Positions 37,389 to 46,130 of a DNA stretch of 64,000 bases are shown in pieces (position 1 is the stretch's first letter; the number at the start of each line of letters is the position of its first letter). The translations under genes and the position numbers were made by a program. Under the pieces are notes generated by a model that had not been told where the DNA came from, did no database searches, and saw only the letters and a list, made by a program, of their open reading frames with translations. Source of the DNA: Blastocatellia bacterium (lineage in GTDB: Bacteria > Acidobacteriota > Blastocatellia > UBA7656); assembly GCA_963765495.1 (NCBI GenBank), contig CAVXWP010000017.1, positions 96,001 to 160,000 of the forward strand, given 5' to 3'.

Positions 37389-38214
37389 AATATTGGCTTC
37401 TTTTGCTCAGATAGGTGCGCAATTCCCAGAGGTCTGGGAAGAATCTCTGCTCGACGGTCTTCTTCAAATAACCGGCACCTTCACTTCCACCTGTTCCGGG
37501 CTTTGTGCCTATCATCCGCTCTACCATCTTGACGTGACGGAGCCGCCACAATGAAAACATCTCGTCGTATTCGATCAAACTTTCGGCCAGCATGAAAAGC
37601 TCGTAATGGCGTTCCGACTCTTCATAAATTCGCTTGAGTTCTTTTATACGCGACTCGCGATGCGGATCGCCTTCCTGCTCCTCTTCGGGCAAATCGAAGC
37701 CTCGCCGCCTGAGCAGATTATAAAACGCATCGCCGAGCGTAGGGCTTTGCAGCCGTTGTTGGAGCTTTGCGTACTCAGCCGAGTCGGGGTCGTAGTTACG
37801 GATAAACCTGGGGTTTTTCAAACCCGAAACAAATTCAAGTTCTCGGAATTGAAATGATTGGAAACCGCTCGCGGGCAGCAGGTGATCGCGAAAGGAAAGA
37901 AAATCCATCGGCGTCATCGTCTCAAGCACCCCTACCTGATTGACCAGCACTCTCTGGATTTCCGTGCAGCGACCGAGCAGGCGAATTGCCATCAGCGGCT
38001 TGTCCGCGTTTAGCCGGTCGATGATCAAGTCTATTTCATGAAGCAGTTGCTTGAACCAGAGTTCATAAACCTGGTGGATGATAATAAACAGCGTCTCGTC
38101 GTGATGCGCAGGCTCCGACAACAGGGTTTGAAGCGAAATCAGTTCGCGGATCTTGAGATAATCGCCATAGGTCAGGCGGTCATCGCCTTCACTGGAAGGT
38201 AAACCAAAAGACAT
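37387..38214 (-). CDS. kynA: Tryptophan 2,3-dioxygenase
   Basis: HDETLFIIIHQVYELWFKQ, ASGFQSFQFR and RMIGTKPGTGGS motifs. Confidence 0.95.
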   Translation of the reverse strand: MSFGLPSSEGDDRLTYGDYLKIRELISLQTLLSEPAHHDETLFIIIHQVYELWFKQLLHEIDLIIDRLNADKPLMAIRLLGRCTEIQRVLVNQVGVLETMTPMDFLSFRDHLLPASGFQSFQFRELEFVSGLKNPRFIRNYDPDSAEYAKLQQRLQSPTLGDAFYNLLRRRGFDLPEEEQEGDPHRESRIKELKRIYEESERHYELFMLAESLIEYDEMFSLWRLRHVKMVERMIGTKPGTGGSEGAGYLKKTVEQRFFPDLWELRTYLSKRSQY

Positions 38215-38259
38215 CAAATACTCCTTGAATCGAATAAATCAAAAAACATTATCGGGTAG

Positions 38260-39117
38260 TCAGCCGCGTTCTTCATCCTGCTCTTTACCCGCGCCTGCAA
38301 AATCCTGCCGGTTGAACTGAGGCTCGCGCTTTGCCACGAAAGCTTCATAGGCTTCGCGGAAATCGGGATTGAGCATGCAGATGGCCTGTGCCTCGGCTTC
38401 GGCTTCCAGAGCCATTTCCAGGTTCATTTCAAGTTCGCGCGTGAGCGCCGCTTTCGTCATCGAGAGCGCAAAGCCCGGGCCTCGTGCGAGGCGTTCGGCC
38501 CATCTGTTTGTCTCGGCTTCAAGCTCGCCTGAGGCGACGACTCGATTGTAGAGCCCTATGCGTTCGGCTTCCACCGCGCTCAGAAAATCTCCGGTGTAAA
38601 GGATCTCGGTCGCCTTGCTTAACCCGACTATCTTGGGCAACAGGAAGGCCGCGCCCATGTCTGCGCCCGCAAGCCCCACCTTCACGAATAGAAACGCGAT
38701 CTTCGCCGCCTCCGATGCGATCCTAAAATCAGAGGCGAGGGCAATTGCCGCCCCCGCCCCGGCTACCGTGCCGTTTAGCGAAGCTATTACGGGTTTGGGC
38801 AAGGAACGTATGTTCCGCACGAGCGCGCAGGTCATCCGGGTGAATTCAAGCAATCCGGCCACGTCGCGGTTGAAGAGTTCGCCTATTATTTCCTCGACAT
38901 CGCCACCCGAACAGAACCCTCTTCCCTTACCGGTTATGACGACCACACGCACCTGGCGGCGCGTGCGTAAGGCCGCCATCGTTTGGGTAAGCTCGCGATA
39001 GACTTCGAAGGTAAGCGAGTTCAATCGCTCGGGCCGGTTGAAGGTTATCACCGCGATGGGACCGCGCTCTTCATATAAAAAACTTGCGGGACTGATCTCG
39101 TTTGATTCGTTTGCCAC
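38260..39117 (-). CDS. Enoyl-CoA hydratase/isomerase family protein
   Basis: RPERLNSLT, FCSGGDV, GTVAGAGA and VGLAGADMGA motifs. Confidence 0.9.
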   Translation of the reverse strand: MANESNEISPASFLYEERGPIAVITFNRPERLNSLTFEVYRELTQTMAALRTRRQVRVVVITGKGRGFCSGGDVEEIIGELFNRDVAGLLEFTRMTCALVRNIRSLPKPVIASLNGTVAGAGAAIALASDFRIASEAAKIAFLFVKVGLAGADMGAAFLLPKIVGLSKATEILYTGDFLSAVEAERIGLYNRVVASGELEAETNRWAERLARGPGFALSMTKAALTRELEMNLEMALEAEAEAQAICMLNPDFREAYEAFVAKREPQFNRQDFAGAGKEQDEERG

Positions 39118-39161
39118 TTTGCGTTTTCTGCCTTGTGCCCACGAGGATTATATAACCGAGA

Positions 39162-39557
39162 TTATATAACTGCCAGAGCTTCTATTTCGACTCTGGCAAG
39201 GTCTTCGACCAGACGGCTGACTTCTACCAGCGTCATAGCGGGATAATGTTTGCCCATAAGCTCACGATAGGCCGCGCCTACCTCTTTCAGCTTCGAGAGG
39301 TATTCGTTCTTGTTGGTGACGAAGATCAGCAGCCTTGTGATGTTTGACGACTCTCCTCCGGCTTCGCGAACAACTTCGAGGACGTTTGCGAGCGCCTGCC
39401 GAAACTGCTCGGCGAAATCCTCGCTGACGATGCGCGCCTGAGCGTCCCAGCCTATCTGCCCCGCGACAAAGAGCAGCGACCCTGACACGGCCAGCACCCC
39501 GTTATTGTATCCACGCGGGGCGGCCAGCGTCGCCGGATTGATTATCTTCGTCTCCAT
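39162..39557 (-). CDS. Rid family protein (non-RidA subfamily)
   Basis: PRGYNNGV, FVAGQIGWD and YPAMTLVEV motifs; Met replaces the catalytic Arg. Confidence 0.88.
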   Translation of the reverse strand: METKIINPATLAAPRGYNNGVLAVSGSLLFVAGQIGWDAQARIVSEDFAEQFRQALANVLEVVREAGGESSNITRLLIFVTNKNEYLSKLKEVGAAYRELMGKHYPAMTLVEVSRLVEDLARVEIEALAVI

Positions 39558-39591
39558 TTGCTTTCTCGACTTCCGATTTATGGGTATAGCT

Positions 39592-40395
39592 TTATTCGAT
39601 AGGGGTGAGACCGCTATATTCGCTCAGTGACCAGACTGTCCCCTCGCCCGATCTGCGCTCAACCATCCCCAAACCCCGAACATAATACTCTGTGATTTCA
39701 TTGCCGCCCGCCTTGCGCAGCAGTTTCAGAGCCTTGAACTTGCCTGCGGGAACCGTCACTTCTTCCTCTCCCTGAACGGTGTAGCTGATAGTCTTGGGGT
39801 TTTTCGAATCTCTGGGGGCGCTGCCGGGCTTAGTGATTACCTGATTGAAGCTAAACGACCAGGTTGCTCCCGTATGAAGAAGCGCCGACGGATCGTTCAT
39901 AAAAACCGCCGGATCAGTATATTTGTAATCGGCAGAACTTGAATCACCGATAAGTCTGGTATCTGACTTCTGGGCGATGACCTGAACTCTGCCGTTATCG
40001 CAGATAAATTTACTGACGCTTTTATTGACCAGTTGCGCGCCCCCGCTGCGGTCCACTATCTGCAAAGTTTCGATAAAGACCTTGCGCCCGTCTTCTTCCG
40101 CCGCGTCAACCACAACGGTACCGTCGGCGACCATCCCGCTCGAATAATTCAAAGTGTATTTCATCTGCGATCCGGGGACGAGCGGGTAATACGGATTGCA
40201 AGATTTGAAATTCGGATCAAGGGTGCTTGTGGGCTTTATGGGTTCTACGGGCTCTAAGACCGCGGGCACGCTTCCATTGCTGTTGGAACCTGCAGTCGTA
40301 TTTGAATTGCCGGTCGCATTGCTGTTTGAATTATTGCCGTCGCATCCGCTGAGTATAATAGTGGCCAGCAACAGCACAGTAAGGGTGATTCGCAT
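39592..40395 (-). CDS. Lipoprotein of unknown function
   Basis: Lipobox LSGC, Asn-rich linker, NPYYPLVPG and EEVTVPAGKF...YYVRGLGMV motifs. Confidence 0.8.
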   Translation of the reverse strand: MRITLTVLLLATIILSGCDGNNSNSNATGNSNTTAGSNSNGSVPAVLEPVEPIKPTSTLDPNFKSCNPYYPLVPGSQMKYTLNYSSGMVADGTVVVDAAEEDGRKVFIETLQIVDRSGGAQLVNKSVSKFICDNGRVQVIAQKSDTRLIGDSSSADYKYTDPAVFMNDPSALLHTGATWSFSFNQVITKPGSAPRDSKNPKTISYTVQGEEEVTVPAGKFKALKLLRKAGGNEITEYYVRGLGMVERRSGEGTVWSLSEYSGLTPIE

Positions 40396-40636
40396 TAAAA
40401 CTCGTTCCTTTCAACTTCTAACTGAGGCTCGCATGTTGAATGTTTCGGGCCGCAAGCCAACTGAAATTATTAACATCCGCGAGGTGCATTCCGCAAGCAG
40501 GAGCCGCCCGAAGAGCCCTCGGCAATGATTCTTCAAGGCCATTCAATTCCTGGAAAATTCAGCTTTCAGATCGAACAATCAGAGATTATCCAATGTAGAC
40601 AATTACTGTTCTCACTGATGTATTATTCAATCTGTG

Positions 40637-40912
40637 ATGAAAAAAGCTGTCGTGACATTTTATACGCGGCCGGGCTGCCATCTCTGCGACGAAGCAAAAG
40701 CAAACCTGCTCGGGGCGGGCTGCAACGATGAATTCACGCTCGAAGAAATCAACATCGATCTCGACCCCGCCTTGCGCGACCGGTACGGATACGACATTCC
40801 TGTGATCTTCATCAATGGAATTAAGGCATTCAAACACAGGGTTGACGGGCGCGAATTCAAACGCAAACTGCGCCGACTCTCGGGCTATAATGAAAAAGCC
40901 CGACAGGAGTAA
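40637..40912 (+). CDS. Glutaredoxin-like protein (DUF836-type)
   Basis: YTRPGCHLCD CxxC motif and YDIPVIFING. Confidence 0.88.
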   Translation: MKKAVVTFYTRPGCHLCDEAKANLLGAGCNDEFTLEEINIDLDPALRDRYGYDIPVIFINGIKAFKHRVDGREFKRKLRRLSGYNEKARQE

Positions 40913-40970
40913 GCCGACTTTATCCTGCCGGGCCGGTGGTCTCTTTTCGAGTTTTGCCTTACTGGCTGCT

Positions 40971-43900
40971 TTATTCGTTCGCCGCAGAATTACACGTCAC
41001 GCGGTTGCCTGCGACCGTCACATCGTCAACATACCAGCCGTAACCTTTGAAACTCGTGTCCGTACCTATGTGCCACCTTATCGTCACGGTCTTTCCCACG
41101 TAGCTGTTGAGGTCGACTACAACTCTCTGAAATACGCCCAGGCGTCCGTCAATCCACCCCGGCCGGCCTGCGAGCGGGTTTTCGCTGAAGCTGAGAATAT
41201 CCCCGTTGTAGCCGCCTTCCAGAATGTGTGAGCCGAGGTCTTCGAACACGTTATCTCCGGTTGAGATTTCAAGCACCCCTCCGTCATAACCAAAGCTCTC
41301 GAACCCGAAAGTGTGATAAAAGACAAGCTGCAAATCTCGCCCGTCGGATGGAAGCTGGATCGGCAGAGTGTCGAGATACGCATCGCTCAGTTTGGGCAGG
41401 TCGGGCGTGTACCACGAGCTTGCGCCTGTGTGGAAGCGGTCTGTGGCGATTACCCATGTGTCGGTCTTTTTCTTCTTCTTTTTGATGGGGCTGCCGTGCG
41501 TCCACATCGCCGCGCCGGATTCTATGTCGTCGGCAAAAAACGTGGCAGGGGCCACATTGCCCACGATCAACTCCAAAGGTATGCGCGATGTCACGCCCTG
41601 CGCGGAGAGGTTAACCGCAAGCTCGATTATCGTGCCGCAGGCGACATCCCCGTTTACAGCCACAGTAAACGATTGAGTGTTTTCACTCGTGCCGTTTGGC
41701 GCAATCGTTGGGAAATCAGATTCAGAGGCTGTTATATTCACTCCCGGTGTAGAGGTGGTCAAGGTTGCGTGCCCGCCTGAAAGCGGGACGGAAGAAACAT
41801 TCTTTAACCGGACTTTTAAATCACTTGAATGGTTGGGAAGGAGGGTACTGCCTAGGTTGACATCCTCGACCAGAGTGACGGCTGTATCTTTCTTTTCGCC
41901 GTTGTAGACGACGAGCGCGAAATCCTGATCATTTGAACTGGCGTTGCCCGGCACGCCGTCCCCGGCGATGACGCTCGCTCTGACCCGCACCTGAAAAGCT
42001 CCCGTCGTGCCTGCGGGCAGCCAGACGCTTTCGATGTTGTCTTTTGTGTTTGGCTCGCCTCCCGGCTCGGATACATCCCCGTCAAAATGATTGCCGAGAT
42101 AAGAGTGTCCGTTGACCGTGACTTCCAGATCGAGATCGTTTACCCACGGAGCAAAGGCCGAAAGCCCGGGCGCGTCGGTCCATGCAAGAGAGACGCGAAA
42201 CGGGCGGGTCGCGTCTTTGATCTCTCCGGTCATCAGCCACTCCTGCCCGCTGTCGGTAAACGTGTGTGTCTGGTTGACAAAGACTTTGGGCGCATCGTCA
42301 AAGGCGCGGCCGAGGTCCAGCAAGCCCCAGCCCTGTCGCGGGTGAGGCAGATCGCCGCCAGCCAGTTCGCCCGTCATATAAGTAGTCGTGTTTACAAGCA
42401 ACGCCTTTATGAGCGCCGCGCTCGGCTGCTCGCCGCGATTGAGGAAGAACTGCCGGGCAAGCGCAGAGGCCCCGGCTACAATCGGCGTTGAATGGCTAGT
42501 GCCGGATGACCATGTGTAGAGAGTTTGGTTCTTTGGGAAGTATGGACTGCGAGAATTTTCGCCGCAGACACCGCTTCCATTGAAATCGGGGTGCTGCGAG
42601 GCCGCGCCCTGAACGTGTGTGCCGGGCGCGGTGATGTCGGGCTTCATCCGCCCGTCGTCAAGCTGTCCGCCCGAAGAGAAAAAGACGATATCGAGAGCGC
42701 TGTCGGCCTCATCATCATTTATGCCGCAGCCGTCAAGACCTCCGCCCCTTGCGTTCTCGCCCGCCGCCACCGTGATAACATTCTTGCCGGTCCCGGGCGA
42801 ACCTATCGTTCCGCCGCCTCCCGCATTGCCCGCCGCAAAACATATAACCATCTCCTGATTGCCCGGCTGCGAAGGAAGGGCATCGCGCACTCTGGAATCA
42901 TATTCCTGCGACTCTATAGTATATTCGTTGGAAGTCGCGCCCCAGCTGTTTGACGAGATGCGCGCTCCGTCCGTGTAGGCGGCGGCAAGAAGCTTTGTAT
43001 ACGGCTCCTGAAGATCGAAACGCCCGGCGGCTTGAAATATCTTCGACGAGCCGAGAAGCGCGAAAGGCGCTACGCCTATGCCGTAACCGTATTGGCCCGA
43101 ATCGCGCGCGCTCGAATCCGTTGAGAGATTCCCGCCTCCGGCTATGGACGCGTTCAAGGTTCCGTGCCCCTGCACGTCTCCGCCGTCGAAATCGCCCGTG
43201 AAATCGCGGGCATAAAGGACGCGACTCGCGCCCGAGGGGTTCAGAAAATCGGGATGCAGTTTGTCGGCGGTGATCGCTCCGCGATCAAGCCCCGTGTCGG
43301 TAATATCTATGCCAAAGTTGAATTGCGAGTCAAAACCGTGCGCGAGCAACCATTGCATGTACCCGGGATTGCTGGCCTGTTTGCCGTCTGCGGTCAAAGC
43401 GCCCGCTATGATCTGAGATGATCGCTCGTCAAAAAGCTCCGGGGCCTTCCACGGCTCGATATTGATTACGTTCGGGAGCGCGGCCAGCTTCCTTATCCGG
43501 CCCGCTTCTATCTTCATCCTTAAGTTTGTATAACCGAGGACGTTGTAAGCATTGCCTAAAGTTTCTCGGGCAAGCTTTTTAGCCGCTTTCACATCCGCGT
43601 TTGATTGCAAGTCGTTATCGGCGGGAGTGCGAGCCACCTGAATCGAGATCAAAACCTCGCGCTCGGGGTTCTCATTCATAATGGCGACCAGGGCCGGATG
43701 AATCTTGAATTCATCAGAAAAAGGCGCTTCCCACTGAACAAACGGCTCGGCATCGTCGCCCTTCCTTCTCTGCAACCGCACGCCCGCGTAGGCATCTCCC
43801 CGCACGAGATACGCATTGTTCGGGACATAGGCGATCACCTCGACACCGCTTGCCCGAAGCTCTTCGAGCCATTCGCGTTTGGCCGGGCCTATGAACTGAA

Positions 43901-44465
43901 CCAGGCGAAGCCCCGCTCCGCCCACTTTTCTGCCCGCCACTGCATTTATTGATTGCGTAGTCACGAGGCTTGAAGCCTTCCCAAGACTGACGAAGTTTCC
44001 AGCCTGCTCATCGGATGTCGTATCGATAATGCCCGAACGCAACAGGAGCACATTGAAATCGTCGCGCACCCGGACGGATGACGGGTCTGACGGCCGGTTA
44101 GAGGGTACAGATGACAGGGCCGAAAGCTCGGCTTCGCTGTCGCCGCTCCTCCCTTCCCCGTTCCCTACACGCATAGCAAGCAGTTTGAAAGAGCCGTAAT
44201 CGGCGACCTCGATTGCGCCCTGCGCCCTTGCGCGTTCAAGCGCATCGGTGTCGCTTGCAGAGACCTCGACTTTACGCACGCGCCCCGGGCTGCGATAGCT
44301 CCGAGGGTCGATCTTTTGTCCGCCGAAGCCTTTCACAACCTTTGCAGGCGAGTTTTTGTCTATAGGGTCGGAGCCTTTCAGGTAAGAGCGCACATCCGCG
44401 CCTACAACTGAAACCATTATGAACATCGCAAGCGCGACGGATGTAAACAGCAACCTTCTTCTCAT
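40971..44465 (-). CDS. Secreted S8 (subtilase) serine protease, KP-43-like, with C-terminal beta domains
   Basis: Triad DTG, HGT and GTSHS; AAGN oxyanion; KPDITAPG; SLAWTD and NDLDLEV motifs; signal peptide from ATG 44465. Confidence 0.93.
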   Translation of the reverse strand: MRRRLLFTSVALAMFIMVSVVGADVRSYLKGSDPIDKNSPAKVVKGFGGQKIDPRSYRSPGRVRKVEVSASDTDALERARAQGAIEVADYGSFKLLAMRVGNGEGRSGDSEAELSALSSVPSNRPSDPSSVRVRDDFNVLLLRSGIIDTTSDEQAGNFVSLGKASSLVTTQSINAVAGRKVGGAGLRLVQFIGPAKREWLEELRASGVEVIAYVPNNAYLVRGDAYAGVRLQRRKGDDAEPFVQWEAPFSDEFKIHPALVAIMNENPEREVLISIQVARTPADNDLQSNADVKAAKKLARETLGNAYNVLGYTNLRMKIEAGRIRKLAALPNVINIEPWKAPELFDERSSQIIAGALTADGKQASNPGYMQWLLAHGFDSQFNFGIDITDTGLDRGAITADKLHPDFLNPSGASRVLYARDFTGDFDGGDVQGHGTLNASIAGGGNLSTDSSARDSGQYGYGIGVAPFALLGSSKIFQAAGRFDLQEPYTKLLAAAYTDGARISSNSWGATSNEYTIESQEYDSRVRDALPSQPGNQEMVICFAAGNAGGGGTIGSPGTGKNVITVAAGENARGGGLDGCGINDDEADSALDIVFFSSGGQLDDGRMKPDITAPGTHVQGAASQHPDFNGSGVCGENSRSPYFPKNQTLYTWSSGTSHSTPIVAGASALARQFFLNRGEQPSAALIKALLVNTTTYMTGELAGGDLPHPRQGWGLLDLGRAFDDAPKVFVNQTHTFTDSGQEWLMTGEIKDATRPFRVSLAWTDAPGLSAFAPWVNDLDLEVTVNGHSYLGNHFDGDVSEPGGEPNTKDNIESVWLPAGTTGAFQVRVRASVIAGDGVPGNASSNDQDFALVVYNGEKKDTAVTLVEDVNLGSTLLPNHSSDLKVRLKNVSSVPLSGGHATLTTSTPGVNITASESDFPTIAPNGTSENTQSFTVAVNGDVACGTIIELAVNLSAQGVTSRIPLELIVGNVAPATFFADDIESGAAMWTHGSPIKKKKKKTDTWVIATDRFHTGASSWYTPDLPKLSDAYLDTLPIQLPSDGRDLQLVFYHTFGFESFGYDGGVLEISTGDNVFEDLGSHILEGGYNGDILSFSENPLAGRPGWIDGRLGVFQRVVVDLNSYVGKTVTIRWHIGTDTSFKGYGWYVDDVTVAGNRVTCNSAANE

Positions 44466-44568
44466 GATACCCCCCAGAAAATACTTCAAGGCTGACTCAG
44501 CCTGTTTGTGAAATCAGCCTGTTTGTAAAAACGGCAGAACTCGCTCCACCGGATGGTTTTCACCTCCC

Positions 44569-45399
44569 TCAGCCCTTTTTGGAAGGAGCAGGTGTGACAG
44601 GAGCGGCCTTTTGCGCCCCCTGATCGGGCACATATTTCTTACCGTTGAATATGTAGGTCTTCGTCTCATCGACGCTCGTCACCTTGCCGTCACTGCCCTT
44701 TCTTGAGCCGGTAGTGCTGATCTTGATGTCATAGTAAGAACTGTTTTTGCCCTGGACGAAATTGAGCTTGGAAGAATACTTGTACGGCTTGTTGTCGCCG
44801 CCCTGCCCGCTTGTGGCGGGCAAAGAAAGCGCCTCGGTAAGACCGCTGTCAGTCACCTCAAACAAGATCATCCCTTCTTCCTGATAAGTGCCGGTGTAGA
44901 GAGGGCGAAACAACACCCCGTATTTATCCGGGCCTATTCTCACCAGTTCGGTCGCAGGCCCTTCGCCGTACTCGCCGAGCCGGGCTATAAACTTCTGCTC
45001 GGCGTCCAGTTGCCAGCCGCCGCCCGTCTTCGAAAATAGAAAGCCGCTGATGGTCGCCGGACAGGCGTGGCAGGTGTAATCCTTCGGGACGGTCCCCGTC
45101 AGCAGTATATATTTATCAAAATTGCCTTCGTGCATAGGTTTTGCAAGCAGTATCGAGGAAAAGACATCCTTTGCGCCCGAGTCAATCTTGAGTTGCGTAA
45201 TATCGGCGGCCGAAGGCTTCCAGGCCGACACTTCCTCTTCATCGTCATAATTGCCAAAGACCAGTTTCATGGCCTTGTCTTCGGTGATCTCTCCTGTGAG
45301 AGTCTTCTTTTTAGCGCCCTGACCGTAGCTTTGATGCGCTCCAATCATAAGACCAGATAAGATCAAAAGCGCCAATAACGCAATATTTCCAGACTTCAT
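44569..45399 (-). CDS. Exported hypothetical protein with CHAC motif
   Basis: AGGAG RBS before ATG 45399; signal peptide; YTCHACPA. Confidence 0.8.
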   Translation of the reverse strand: MKSGNIALLALLILSGLMIGAHQSYGQGAKKKTLTGEITEDKAMKLVFGNYDDEEEVSAWKPSAADITQLKIDSGAKDVFSSILLAKPMHEGNFDKYILLTGTVPKDYTCHACPATISGFLFSKTGGGWQLDAEQKFIARLGEYGEGPATELVRIGPDKYGVLFRPLYTGTYQEEGMILFEVTDSGLTEALSLPATSGQGGDNKPYKYSSKLNFVQGKNSSYYDIKISTTGSRKGSDGKVTSVDETKTYIFNGKKYVPDQGAQKAAPVTPAPSKKG

Positions 45400-45537
45400 A
45401 TATATCTCCTGAAACACGAATTTCACAGTGCCGGTTTGAGCACGACACCCGTCATCCCGGTTTTCGCATGAGAGAACCCGGATACTTGACAGGTTTTACA
45501 AGATTAATAAGATTTCAAACGCAACGCCGGGGCTATA

Positions 45538-45933
45538 TCAGCTTGCGTTGACTGCAAAATATAAGAGCTTCCATTCGCCTCCTTCATCAATAAATCTGAA
45601 GGGGATCGAAGCTTTTCTATCATTAAAGTGGACTATGTAAACAGGCTCGACCACGCGATGACCTTCATAAGTATTAAACCTGGTGCTCAATCGGGTGGGA
45701 GCCGTGTGGTCGCCCATCTCTTTCAGTTGCTTGAGGGACTCAATGGCTTTCTCTCTGGGGATTGAATCCTTATAGAATTTCGAGGCGTCGTCATATATCT
45801 CGTTAAAATTTTCGACATCCAGTCGCTGAAAAAACAGCAGTGTAGCCTTATCGGCGTCTTCGTAGGGAGCTTCGTGCGCGCACCCGGCCAGACACAACAA
45901 CAACATCGATACTACAATTGATTTACCTACCAT
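45538..45933 (-). CDS. Small lipoprotein (NTF2-like, DUF4019-like)
   Basis: Lipobox LAGC; FNEIYDDAS...EGGEWKL pattern. Confidence 0.75.
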   Translation of the reverse strand: MVGKSIVVSMLLLCLAGCAHEAPYEDADKATLLFFQRLDVENFNEIYDDASKFYKDSIPREKAIESLKQLKEMGDHTAPTRLSTRFNTYEGHRVVEPVYIVHFNDRKASIPFRFIDEGGEWKLLYFAVNAS

Positions 45934-46016
45934 CTAACCCCTTGTATGTAAATATCCTTTCGAGCCAAAGTGAGGGAAAACAATACCAGCAGTCCCCCAT
46001 CCGGCGCAACAACAGA

Positions 46017-46130
46017 AGGGATGAGGGATGAATCGGACTCTAAGGAAATATTTCGGTGAATTGGTTTAACCGATTACCGGAATGTTACCCTACAGTCCGA
46101 TTCATCCCTCATCCCTCATCCCTCATCCCT
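46017..46130. repeat. About 50-bp-stem hairpin with (AGGGATG)n arms
   Basis: AGGGATGAGGGATGAATCGGACT...TTGGTT / AACCGA...AGTCCGATTCATCCCTCATCCCTCATCCCTCATCCCT; abuts the stop codon at 46130. Confidence 0.9.
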
